The position numbers and the translations under genes were made by a program. Of a stretch of 64,000 bases of DNA, positions 1 to 9,500 are shown one piece after another (the first letter of the stretch is position 1; each line of letters starts with the position of its first letter). Origin of the DNA: an uncultured Rikenella sp. (lineage in GTDB: Bacteria; Bacteroidota; Bacteroidia; Bacteroidales; VadinHA17); the NCBI GenBank assembly GCA_964535795.1, contig CAZHTG010000012.1:3729-67728 (forward strand). The letters are read 5' to 3'. Under the pieces are notes generated by a model. The model was not told where the DNA came from and ran no database searches. It saw nothing but the letters and a program-made list of their open reading frames with translations.

Positions 1-1
1 G

Positions 2-190
2 GAGAGCAGGGACCAGAAGGGCTTTGTAAACGGGGTTATTTTCAACAATGACTCTTACGTAATTGGCGCAAACAGAAGTAAATTCATCTCACTTTCGGGT
101 ATGATCGTCATTGGACTGGTGCTTCTCATCGCAGGGGTGCATACTGTTATCAGAATTATCATCAAGCCAGTAAAGAGATATTATGAGTAA
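2..190 (+). CDS. 3' end of an ORF truncated by the window edge; product unknown; ends in a hydrophobic C-terminal membrane anchor
   Basis: Frame 2 is open from the window edge to TAA at 188-190 (...NRSKFISLSGMIVIGLVLLIAGVHTVIRIIIKPVKRYYE*). Its stop overlaps the ATG of the next gene (183) by 8 nt. It is absent from the ORF track because there is no start in the window. Confidence 0.4.
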   Translation, partial: ESRDQKGFVNGVIFNNDSYVIGANRSKFISLSGMIVIGLVLLIAGVHTVIRIIIKPVKRYYE

Positions 191-803
191 TAATTTCTAT
201 CACTATCCGGTTTGGGTAAGATTATGGCACGTCATAAATGCCGTCTTATGCCTGTTTCTTATCGTGACAGGATTCAGCATGCTATATTCGGATCCTGAAA
301 ATGCCCTTGTGGTGAAGTTCCAGAGAGCCGTAGCAATACATAACTTATGCGGCGTGCTTCTCACGTTAAGTTATACGATTTTTCTTTTTGGCAACCTTTT
401 TACTGCTAACGGCCAAAACTATCTTGTAAAACTTAAGGGTCTTGGCAAAAAGCTCTGGAAACAGGGATACTTTTATGCATTCGGTTATTTCAAGGGCGAA
501 AAGGCTCCTTTCCCGGTCGGCAGCGAACGCAAATTCAATCCTCTGCAGCAGGTGTCATATATTGGTGTGATGTATTTTGTACTGCCAATGCTTTTCATCA
601 CCGGCTGGGCCCTGATGTTCCCGGAATTCATCCTGAAAAAATTCCTCGGACTCAGCGGCATCTTTCTTACGGACCAGTTCCATGTAGTCCTTGGATTTCT
701 GGTTATAGTGTTTCTGTTTATACATATCTATGTAAGTACGATGGGCAAGTCTCCCGTCAGCAACTTCAGAAGCATTATCACCGGCTGGCAGGAGAGCCAC
801 TGA
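183..803 (+). CDS. di-heme b-type cytochrome membrane subunit (FdnI/HydC/PhsC-like, Ni/Fe-hydrogenase cytochrome b family)
   Basis: 206 aa with 4-5 predicted TM helices. Conserved His lie in the helices (RLWHVINA, AIHNLCG, QFHVVLG, FIHIYV), typical of bis-His ligation of two b hemes. Confidence 0.7.
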   Translation: MSNNFYHYPVWVRLWHVINAVLCLFLIVTGFSMLYSDPENALVVKFQRAVAIHNLCGVLLTLSYTIFLFGNLFTANGQNYLVKLKGLGKKLWKQGYFYAFGYFKGEKAPFPVGSERKFNPLQQVSYIGVMYFVLPMLFITGWALMFPEFILKKFLGLSGIFLTDQFHVVLGFLVIVFLFIHIYVSTMGKSPVSNFRSIITGWQESH

Positions 804-870
804 TGAGGCTTGTTAAACTGGTTATGAGATAGGTTTTACGGAGAGTCCGTATGAGAACTGATTTTAAAAG

Positions 871-1848
871 ATGCACATGGAAATGAAAGCTAAGGATTCT
901 TCATCGCGCAGGAAGTTTATCAGGAAATTCGGACTGAGCCTTGGGTCAGTTGCGGTTGCCGGTACTGTTGCGGTTGCAAGGGAATCTTCTGATACTGAAT
1001 CCGGTGAAAAGGTAAGGCTTCTGACAACTGACGGCACCCTTGTGGAGGTTGACAGGTCTTCCATAAAAGTGGCAAAGGCGCAGACCAGGGAGCAGATCAG
1101 AAAATCTTACAAGGGGATCCCTGACAGGAAGTTCGTAATGGTTATAGACCTGGCAAAATGCAAAAACGCCCGTAAATGCGTTGACGCCTGCCAGGAGGGC
1201 CACATGCTTCCCAAGGACCACGAATGGATAAAGATACAGCTGCTGCAGGACTCCGAACTGGCAAGCAAATACTGGTTCCCGAAACCATGCTACCACTGCG
1301 ACAGTCCTTTGTGCGTAAGTGTCTGCCCGGTCGGGGCTACCTATAAGCGCGAAGACGGAATCGTCCTGGTCGATAACAAGAGATGCATCGGATGCAAGTT
1401 TTGCATGACGGCATGTCCGTATTCAGCACGTGTTTTTAACTGGAAGGACCCCGAGGTTGATGTGCCGGCAGACCATGTGTACGACCCTGAGCTGAATGTA
1501 CCGCCGGTGGAAGGCACTGTCGGGAAATGCATTTTCTGTGCTGACAGGCTGAGAAAGAATGAGCTTCCAAGATGCGTCAAAGCCTGCCCCATGGGAGTGA
1601 TTTATTTCGGCGATGTGAGTGAAGATGCGGTGACAAATGGCGTTGAGACCCTTAGGTTCTCCTCGCTGATGGTTGAAAAACACGGCTACAGGCATATGGA
1701 AGAGCTCGGAACAATGCCAACTGTCTATTACCTCCCTCCGGTAGACCGCATGTACCCTGTCGAAATTGGGTTTGAGGATCTTGACGAATCTATTTCTGAC
1801 CGCTACAGTACGAAGGATTTGAAAAAATCAGGAAAGACTAAGAAATGA
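871..1848 (+). CDS. NrfC/PsrB/HybA-type 4Fe-4S ferredoxin subunit with twin-arginine signal
   Basis: Tat motif SRRKFIRKF followed by a hydrophobic stretch. Cys clusters: CKNARKCVDAC (degenerate), CYHCDSPLCVSVCP, CIGCKFCMTACP, CIFCADRL...CVKACP. Confidence 0.85.
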   Translation: MHMEMKAKDSSSRRKFIRKFGLSLGSVAVAGTVAVARESSDTESGEKVRLLTTDGTLVEVDRSSIKVAKAQTREQIRKSYKGIPDRKFVMVIDLAKCKNARKCVDACQEGHMLPKDHEWIKIQLLQDSELASKYWFPKPCYHCDSPLCVSVCPVGATYKREDGIVLVDNKRCIGCKFCMTACPYSARVFNWKDPEVDVPADHVYDPELNVPPVEGTVGKCIFCADRLRKNELPRCVKACPMGVIYFGDVSEDAVTNGVETLRFSSLMVEKHGYRHMEELGTMPTVYYLPPVDRMYPVEIGFEDLDESISDRYSTKDLKKSGKTKK

Positions 1849-3161
1849 ACCGGACCAACAGAGAGGTGCTTCTCAGCGACCTGACCCCTGAGATAAGTAA
1901 GACAAGCAGAACCTGGTATATCGTCTTCGGAATCATGCTCCTGGTTTTTATAATCGGGATTTACGGATTGGTTCTGCAGATAGACAAGGGACACATTGTG
2001 ACCGGCATGCGGGATAATGTTGTCTGGGGTGTATACATTGTGAATTTCATCTTTTTCATGGGGCTCAGTTATGCTGGCGCTCTTGTTTCAGGAACCCTTC
2101 ATCTGTTCAAGACACCATGGAGAGCACCCGTGATAAGGCTTGCTGAGCTGATAACGGTAATCTCCCTCGCCATAGGGCCATTCTTTATCTTCTTCTGTGT
2201 GGGACGGCTCGAGAGGATACCATATATCCTCCTATTCCCGCGTATCCAGTCACCAATAGTCTGGGACGTTATTGCCATACTCACGGATGTGTTTGGCGCT
2301 GCCATCTTCCTATATGTCTCATTTATTGAGGACTTTGCCATACTGCGTGACGCGAAAAATCTGCAGATTGCACCGTGGAAAAAGAAGATGTACAGAATTT
2401 TGTCACTGGGATACCAGGGCACCCCAAAACAGAAGCGTATCCTCACTTTCTCAAGGAATGTCATGGCGGCAATGATTATTGCAATAGCAATAATTGTTTA
2501 TTCCGTACTTGCATGGATCTTTGGCGTCACTCTTCAGCCCGGGTGGCATAGTACAATCTTCGGGCCCTACTTCGTCATAGCGGCTGTCTTTTCAGGCGTC
2601 GGCCTCCTTATAATTCTCATGGCCATCTTCAGGAAGATTTACAACCTTGAGAAATATATCACCCTGAAGCATTTCGTCAATCTCGGAATAGTACTTTTTG
2701 TAATTGCCGCATTTTTCGGTTATTTCACATTCAGTGACTACCTGACAAAATGGTATGGGTCGGTTAAGATGGATAAGATATTGATTGATAAATTGTTTAC
2801 TGAGTTTAAAACTTATTTCATTTTTGCAAACTACATCGGAATTCTCACTCCTATCATTATCATAGCAATTCCCAGGTTGCGCACGATAAACAATATAACA
2901 ATAGCATCCGTAGTTGCCCTCCTGGCACTCTGGGTAAACCGGTACATAATTATTGTTCCCACACTGGAGACTCCATTCATTCCTATTCAGGATACAAGAC
3001 ATGACTGGCTGTTCTACTCCCCGACCTGGGTGGAGTGGTCACTGACTGCTGCCGGTATTGCGGTATTCGGAATGCTGTTCATGATCATTTCGAAGCTGGC
3101 GCCGATAGTATCAATTTCCGAACTGGAAGAGGCTGCTGAAAAGAAAAATACGGAAATCTGA
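1845..3161 (+). CDS. NrfD/PsrC-type polytopic quinone-interacting membrane subunit
   Basis: 438 aa with about 10 TM helices. A 4-nt ATGA overlap with the preceding FeS subunit gives the classical NrfC-NrfD pairing. Confidence 0.8.
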   Translation: MNRTNREVLLSDLTPEISKTSRTWYIVFGIMLLVFIIGIYGLVLQIDKGHIVTGMRDNVVWGVYIVNFIFFMGLSYAGALVSGTLHLFKTPWRAPVIRLAELITVISLAIGPFFIFFCVGRLERIPYILLFPRIQSPIVWDVIAILTDVFGAAIFLYVSFIEDFAILRDAKNLQIAPWKKKMYRILSLGYQGTPKQKRILTFSRNVMAAMIIAIAIIVYSVLAWIFGVTLQPGWHSTIFGPYFVIAAVFSGVGLLIILMAIFRKIYNLEKYITLKHFVNLGIVLFVIAAFFGYFTFSDYLTKWYGSVKMDKILIDKLFTEFKTYFIFANYIGILTPIIIIAIPRLRTINNITIASVVALLALWVNRYIIIVPTLETPFIPIQDTRHDWLFYSPTWVEWSLTAAGIAVFGMLFMIISKLAPIVSISELEEAAEKKNTEI

Positions 3162-3175
3162 AATCTGCAGGTATC

Positions 3176-4042
3176 ATGAGCAAAGCATCAATAAAATCTG
3201 TCGCCCTTGTAATGCTGGTCCTGTTATCTGTTTGCAGCCACCTTTCAGCCTTAACAGTCCAGGACTCAAAGATCAATCCCTACATGCTGTTTACCTACCT
3301 GAAGGACACCGACTCACGGCAAATTCTGCAGGTAAAGATGACCAATATCACTCAGACCGGTGAGGTGCCGCTGCCGGGGCTTAATATACGCTTCTACAAC
3401 AATGAAACCCTTATCGGGGAGGCAACCACGGATACTGAGGGCAACGCCAGTTGTACCATCAGCAATTCCCTTCCGCTTTTCACAAATGAAGACGGTTCAT
3501 GGCCCTTCAGTGCCATTTTTGAGGGAGACAGTCTTACCGAGGAGACTTACAGTGAGCTGAGCATAAATGATGTTGATATTGAAATGCAGGTCAGTGAGGA
3601 AGAGGGGGAGAGAATAGTAACGCTTCATGCAACCACTCTCAACGGCGATGAACGTGTAGCGGTTACAGGAGAGGAGATAGGCGTGTATGTTCCCAGAATG
3701 TTCAGCCTGCTGCCGGTAAGCATTGGCATGCTGGATGAAAACGGGACCTTCAGGATGAAATTTCCGGATGACATACCGGGAGACAGCCTTGGCAACCTGA
3801 CCGTCATCGGGAGGTTCAACGACCATTATTTGTTTGGCAATGTGGAAAGAAGAGAGGAGGTGAGGTGGGGCACTGAAGCGGAAATAGCTGCTCCTGTCTA
3901 CAGGAGTTTGTGGTCAACCCTCGCACCCAAGTGGATGGTTGTCACCCTCGCCATTATGCTTCTGGGGGTATGGGGCCATTATACCTATGTAATTATCAAC
4001 CTTTTCAGAATAAGGAAAGAGGGTCTTAAAAACCGGAAATAA
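3176..4042 (+). CDS. hypothetical exported protein with C-terminal TM anchor (unknown family)
   Basis: Signal peptide (VALVMLVLLSVCSHLSA), a beta-rich acidic ectodomain, and a C-terminal helix WMVVTLAIMLLGVWGHYTYVIINLF followed by a basic tail. In operon position between the NrfD-like gene and the cytochrome c gene. Confidence 0.55.
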   Translation: MSKASIKSVALVMLVLLSVCSHLSALTVQDSKINPYMLFTYLKDTDSRQILQVKMTNITQTGEVPLPGLNIRFYNNETLIGEATTDTEGNASCTISNSLPLFTNEDGSWPFSAIFEGDSLTEETYSELSINDVDIEMQVSEEEGERIVTLHATTLNGDERVAVTGEEIGVYVPRMFSLLPVSIGMLDENGTFRMKFPDDIPGDSLGNLTVIGRFNDHYLFGNVERREEVRWGTEAEIAAPVYRSLWSTLAPKWMVVTLAIMLLGVWGHYTYVIINLFRIRKEGLKNRK

Positions 4043-4103
4043 AGTATGCTACTTTGTTTGGCATGAAAAATGATATATTAATTGAAATCTAAAAAGAAAG
4101 ATT

Positions 4104-4511
4104 ATGAAGTTTAAAGTTTTATTTGTTGGTACTGCTCTTTTTGCATTTTCTTTCACCCAGGTGATGAATGCACAACAGGCAAAGGGAGAGCCATGGACTA
4201 TTCCTGCCGAGTATAAGAAGATGGCTAATCCCGTTGCTAAGGATGACGCTTCTGTAAAGGCCGGCCAGATGGCTTATGCAAAGAACTGTGCCTCATGTCA
4301 CGGGAAAACCGGGCTGGGCGACGGACCCAAAGGCCGGATGACAAAAACATTCCCTGGCGACTTTTCAGGTGCTGCATTTCAGGGATATACTGATGGTGAA
4401 ATATTCTACCAGACCAAGTTCGGAAGAGGCGAGATGCCGGCTTACGATAAGAAAATTCCTGATAATGAGATCTGGAATATGATCAATTACATGAGGACGT
4501 TGAAGAAATAA
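4104..4511 (+). CDS. class I monoheme c-type cytochrome
   Basis: Signal peptide, a single CASCH heme motif and a distal Met context (RGEMPAY). 135 aa. Confidence 0.85.
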   Translation: MKFKVLFVGTALFAFSFTQVMNAQQAKGEPWTIPAEYKKMANPVAKDDASVKAGQMAYAKNCASCHGKTGLGDGPKGRMTKTFPGDFSGAAFQGYTDGEIFYQTKFGRGEMPAYDKKIPDNEIWNMINYMRTLKK

Positions 4512-4528
4512 GCGCCACTCAAAAAAAA

Positions 4529-4554
4529 AGAGGGTGTCTCACGGGGCACCCTCT
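4529..4554. terminator. bidirectional rho-independent terminator between convergent genes
   Basis: The stem agagggtg/caccctct is flanked by an A9 run (4521-4529) and a T run (4554-4561). Confidence 0.8.
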
Positions 4555-4584
4555 TTTTTTTACAGAGTATCTTTAACCGAGGCT

Positions 4585-5676
4585 CTAGGGAACCTGGTAT
4601 CCGAGCGCTGTCATGGTGGCTATAGAGGTAGACAGCAGGGTCTTGATGTATTCCGGATTGTGAATACCAAGGCTTCTGTCCTCCTTGACGGTATTATAGT
4701 TGATATAAGCCAGAACGGCATTGGCTTTGAAAGTGCCTGTCTTTGCCAGCTCGGTGCTGGGATTGTAAATTCCGGCTGCGATAAGTTGTGCTTCAAGATC
4801 CTCAAGCATCTCTGCAACTTCATTCTGAAGCTCCGTTATCTCGTTATTGAATGCAGTATAGGGGCTGCTGCCTATATCATGGCATGTAGTACAACCTGTT
4901 AACAGTCTTGTCTCTGTGCCGTGGGAATCATATTTTAATGACATATTATGCCCTCCTGCCTGGTAGCCGTAAGGTTTTGACATATGGCAGGTAACACATC
5001 CGGCTGCAGTTGAGTGTCCATTTGCAGGGTGCTCAGTACCGGGAAGTTCAAACGGAGTCTTGCCAAGTATCAGGTTGGCATTGGGTCCGTGATGCGGTCC
5101 GATTCGTGAGCTGGAGATTGTAAAGTCAGGTCCGTTAACCACCGGTGCCGGGGAAACGTTGCGTGACTGATGACAGAAGACGCACTGGTTACTTGAGCCT
5201 TTATCCCATACAACATCAGCGCCGGCATATTTAGCATCAAGTGTCTGTGCCCCGGGCTTGGTAAGCGTCCAGTCGTCATCAGAAAAAGTCTTGTGAATAT
5301 TGTGGCATGTGTAGCAGGTGATCTGGCTGGGGTGCTCTGGCAATGAAATATCCGCAACGGACCCTTCAGCCACTGCCTCTAGGAATCCCTGGCTGGTATG
5401 ACACTGTGCGCAACCGGTACGGTTGGCATATGGGGCATTTCCTCCGATGGCATGGGTAGATGTACTCCACTGGGCAGAGAAAATGGGTACCTGGGCATTG
5501 CTGTTATGGCATTCCGCACAGGCCAGCGTGGTTCCCGGATCACCCTTATCACCCTTGTCCCCCTTGCCGCCATCAGCACCCGCAGGGCCCATAGGACCTT
5601 CACATGACGCCATTCCCAGAACGGCTGAAACAAGCAGTGTTACAATTTTAAGACTATTTTTCATATGGTTAGGCAT
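4585..5676 (-). CDS. hexaheme c-type cytochrome lipoprotein with N-terminal collagen-like Gly-X-Y linker
   Basis: Lipobox LGMASC. Seven consecutive G-X-Y triplets (GPM GPA GAD GGK GDK GDK GDP). Six CxxCH motifs (CAECH, CAQCH, CYTCH, CVFCH, CVTCH, CTTCH). The helical C-terminus has an SLGIHNPEY motif reminiscent of NrfA/HAO-family tails. Confidence 0.85.
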   Translation of the reverse strand: MPNHMKNSLKIVTLLVSAVLGMASCEGPMGPAGADGGKGDKGDKGDPGTTLACAECHNSNAQVPIFSAQWSTSTHAIGGNAPYANRTGCAQCHTSQGFLEAVAEGSVADISLPEHPSQITCYTCHNIHKTFSDDDWTLTKPGAQTLDAKYAGADVVWDKGSSNQCVFCHQSRNVSPAPVVNGPDFTISSSRIGPHHGPNANLILGKTPFELPGTEHPANGHSTAAGCVTCHMSKPYGYQAGGHNMSLKYDSHGTETRLLTGCTTCHDIGSSPYTAFNNEITELQNEVAEMLEDLEAQLIAAGIYNPSTELAKTGTFKANAVLAYINYNTVKEDRSLGIHNPEYIKTLLSTSIATMTALGYQVP

Positions 5677-5779
5677 TAATTAGTTTTCTGTGTTGAAAGG
5701 TAACAAGACGCTCAATCTTCCACCCTCCTTTTTCATTGATATTTCAATCACATGAGGTTGATAAGTAAGAGCCCTGAAG

Positions 5780-5793
5780 TTGATAAAAATCAA
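5780..5793. promoter_or_regulatory. perfect FNR/CRP-family operator TTGAT-N4-ATCAA
   Basis: ttgataaaaatcaa lies in the divergent intergenic region between the hexaheme cytochrome gene and the Crp/Fnr regulator gene. Confidence 0.6.
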
Positions 5794-5844
5794 AAAATAA
5801 TATGATATATGTTATAAATATGCGAAGTCATTCTCCACGAACGA

Positions 5845-5852
5845 TACATTTG
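5845..5852 (+). promoter_or_regulatory. Bacteroidota -7 promoter box (TAnnTTTG) for the Crp/Fnr gene
   Basis: TACATTTG lies 19 nt upstream of the ATG at 5871. Confidence 0.4.
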
Positions 5853-5870
5853 GCCAAAATATGCAACATT

Positions 5871-6566
5871 ATGTATAGTGAAAATCACATATCAAGTTGC
5901 GAGGCCTGCATCAGGTGCTGGTCGAATTTCCTGAATCTTTCCAAAGAGGAGCTCGAGCTGGTTAACCGACACAGGTATGAAGCCAGTTTTAAACCGTCGG
6001 AGATAATAATAAAACAGGGGTCACCTTCATCCAATGCTATTTTTCTTATTACCGGCATTGCGAAAGTCTACATGGAGGGCTATTCAGGCAAAAACCTCAT
6101 AATAAACCTGGCTGAGCATTCAACCCTGCTGGCGGGTCCCGGGGTTCATGTCAATTCCCGTTACTGCTACTCCGTTGCCGCAATAACCCATGTCCAGGCA
6201 TGCTTCATAAGCTTTGACGTGATCCGCCAGATTATTTCCGGAAATCCCGGGTTCGCCATGGGATTTATTGAAGATCTGAGCGCCAAGGCATTCCATATGC
6301 ATAACAAGGTTCTGAACCTTACTCAGAAAAAGATGCACGGAAGGCTTGCAGAGGCGCTACTTTATTTTGCCGACAATGTATTTCATTCAGATGATTATGA
6401 GATGATTCTTTCGCGGCAGGAGCTGGGTGAGATGACAAATATGGCAAAGGAAAGTGTTGTCAGGATAATGAGTGAGCTGGAGAATGAAAAGATCATCCAG
6501 GCTACTCCCCGCAATGTAAAGATTCTTAATCGTGAAAAATTGCTCGTAATATCCGAAAAGGGATAG
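5871..6566 (+). CDS. Crp/Fnr family transcriptional regulator with N-terminal CxxCxxC motif (FNR-like redox sensor candidate)
   Basis: cNMP-binding fold plus a C-terminal HTH (SRQELGEMTNMAKESVVRIMSELENEKII). The N-terminus reads MYSENHISSCEACIRC. The start at 5871 is preferred over the track start at 5802 because of the -7 box at 5845. Confidence 0.8.
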   Translation: MYSENHISSCEACIRCWSNFLNLSKEELELVNRHRYEASFKPSEIIIKQGSPSSNAIFLITGIAKVYMEGYSGKNLIINLAEHSTLLAGPGVHVNSRYCYSVAAITHVQACFISFDVIRQIISGNPGFAMGFIEDLSAKAFHMHNKVLNLTQKKMHGRLAEALLYFADNVFHSDDYEMILSRQELGEMTNMAKESVVRIMSELENEKIIQATPRNVKILNREKLLVISEKG

Positions 6567-6588
6567 TTTTGCAAACAAATCTGTTTCC

Positions 6589-9500
6589 ATGAAAATTTTA
6601 AAGTTCCTGTTTACACCTGCCGTGATGGGTGTTCTCTTTATTGTACTGGCTATTGCCATGGCCGCAGCCACCTTCATTGAAAACGACTTCGGTCCTGACA
6701 GTGCCAGGTCAATGGTATACAACACCCGCTGGTTCGAACTGCTCTTTCTGCTGCTTACCATAAACCTCGCCGGCCAGATAGTGACCCGCAAGCTCTACCG
6801 CCGCGACAAGCTTACCGTGATGCTCTTTCATACAGCTTTCATTGTGATGATCGCCGGCGCTGCCATTACAAGATATTCCGGCTACGATGGCATGATGCAT
6901 ATCAGGGAGGGAGAGACCACTTCGCTGACGTGGTCCTCGGGCAACAGCCTTACATTTGAACTGACTGACAGTGAAGGGAAGGTCCTTGCAAGCCACTCCG
7001 GGGCTGTCAACCTTAACGGGGGCCGTAAAAGTCATTATAAAAAGAAACTGGCGGCAGGGGGCGAAGAGGTGATGCTCTCATTTGACCGGTATATACCGGG
7101 TGCTGTCAGGCAGGTGGAGGAATCACCTGAAGGTGTCCCCATGGCTGCGTTCCTTGCAACACCTGACATGGTGAGCAGTGAAGTCATAGTGCTGTCGCAG
7201 GGAGAGACTGACATGATAGGAGAGATGACCATAGGCTTCGGTACCGGGGCAGATATAAGAGTCTCCACCGGCAATGAAGGATGGTTCCTGATATCGCGGC
7301 TTGAGGTCAGGGCTACAAGTATGCAGGACATGCAGGCTGTTGTTTATCCCCCTGATACTCTCATCGTTCTTGCCAGGGGTATCGTCTACACTGTTGGCGG
7401 TTACAGAATAATGCCGCAGACGCTCACGATGAGCGGAGTGATGGTGCCGGCCACTGACAGCGGAAAGCAGGGTACAGGCGGGGCAGTTGAATGCACCCTG
7501 ACCGGACCGGACGGCGAGAGGAAGATCTATCTCTGGGATAATGAGAGTGAGGTTAGATCGGAATGGAGGGGCAACGCGGGAGCCCTTACCGCTAAGGTAA
7601 GCTTCGGCAAAAGAGTCCTGAACCTGCCCTTCAGCCTGAAGCTCGATGAGTTTATTATTGAACGTTACCCGGGCTCAAACAGTCCGTCAGGATTTAAAAG
7701 CAGGGTTACCCTGAACGACCCTGACCATAAGAGAGAGTTTCAGTATGACATTTACATGAACCATATACTTAAGTACAGGGGTTTCCGGTTCTACCAGTCA
7801 TCATATGACAATGACGAACAGGGAACAATACTTTCAGTGAATCATGACCCGGCAGGAATGTATACTACATATGCCGGATATGGGCTTCTTTTCCTCTTTA
7901 TAATCCTGTCAATTGTCAACCGGAGATCTTCATTCAGGTCCATCAGGCCCGGGCACTGGAATTCGAGGTTCCGCAAGCCGTTAACCGCGGCGGTGCTGTT
8001 TGGCCTGATCTCACTGACACCTTTAAAGGCCCAGCACCTGGTCATTGAGAAGGATGCGGCTGACCGTTTCGGGGAGCTGCTTGCCCAGGATCAGAAGGGC
8101 CGAACGAAGCCTCTCTATACTCTAAGCAGTGACATCCTTCGCAAGATAGCGCGTGAGAACAGTTTTGACGGACTTTCGCCAATGCAGGTTTTCCTTGGTT
8201 GTTCTCTCGATTTTTACCACTGGCAGAATGTGCCTCTCATTAAGGTATCCAATGATGAGGTGCGTCAGCTTCTGAACCTGAAGGGTGAGAGGGCTGCATT
8301 CTCCGACATTGTCTCATTCGGTGACGGTGGAGGGTATAAGCTCTCAGAGCATGTTGAGAAGGCTTACGCCAAAGCTGAGAGTGAGCGCACAAGGTTTGAT
8401 AAGGAGGTGATCAAGGTTGATGAGCGCGTAAATATCTGCTATATGATGTCGAGAGGCGACTTCATGCGCTTATTCCCTCTTAGAGATGGTACAGACCACT
8501 GGGGCATGGCAGCCGATGCCGTCAGGCATGACGTCAGTATGGAAGACTCTTTGTTTGTCCTGAGTGCCGTTCCGATGTGGGTACAGGCGGTAACAACCGT
8601 TGGTAGGACAGAGGTGAACCCGGATGATTTTCTTTCGGCACTGAAGCAGTACCAGCGCATTCATGCAGGCTATGACCTGCCGCCGGAGACAAAGGTTCAG
8701 GCAGAGCTCTTCTATTATAAGGCGAAGATATTTGAGAAACTGTTTCCCTGGTACGCCTCGGTGGGGCTGGTGATGATTTTTACCATTATTACCGTAATTA
8801 TTCGGGGAAGGGGGAAAGCGGGTCTGCTGCTGAAGGTGCTTACCGGACTCGTTGCGGCAGGCTTCCTGTTCCACACCCTCGGTCTTGGCATCAGGTGGTA
8901 TATCTCGGGCCACTCACCCATGAGCAACGGCTATGAATCGATGCTCTTCATCTCGTGGGTCACGGTGCTTGCAGGCTTCATCTTCAGCCGTAAATCACTT
9001 CTTACACTGGCAGCCACGTCGGTCCTTGCAGGACTGACCCTGATGGTGGCTCATCTCAGTTTCATGGATCCGGAGATTACCAATCTTGTACCCGTGCTTA
9101 GGTCATACTGGCTCACACTGCACGTGTCGGTGATCACCGGCAGTTACGGGTTCCTGGGCCTGGGAGCGATACTGGGGCTGATAGTACTGGTAATGATGCT
9201 TTTTGTCAATAGCCGGAACAGTGAGAGGATCGGTTCCGTGATAGATGAACTTACGGCCATCAACTACAGGGCGTTAACCCTGGGGCTCTATTTCCTTACA
9301 ATCGGAACATTCCTGGGTGCCATCTGGGCAAACGAATCATGGGGCCGCTACTGGGGATGGGATCCGAAGGAGACATGGTCACTGATCACCATCATTATTT
9401 ACACACTGGTGACACATTCAAGGCTGATTCCCGGGATGAAGGATGTCTATCTGTTCAATCTGCTGTCGCTCTTTGCCTTCTCTTCGGTTCTGATGACCTA

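Noticed and set aside
4534-4902. 122-aa plus-strand ORF overlapping the 3' part of the hexaheme cytochrome gene.
   Set aside because: It starts inside the bidirectional terminator, has no motifs, and the opposite strand encodes six CxxCH motifs.
5737-5750. Second FNR-like site, TGATatttcaATCA.
   Set aside because: The half-site spacing is 6 rather than 4 and only 4-nt half sites match. It is mentioned in the FNR finding but not called as a feature.
5851-5867. TGGCCAaaataTGCAA upstream of the Crp/Fnr gene as a sigma-54 site.
   Set aside because: The GG-to-GC spacing is 9 nt rather than 10, and the site overlaps the better-supported TAnnTTTG box.
5802-5870. Upstream extension of the Crp/Fnr ORF (track start 5802, MIYVINMRSHSPRT...).
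   Set aside because: The extension is AT-rich promoter-like sequence containing the TACATTTG -7 box. The family N-terminus begins near the ATG at 5871.
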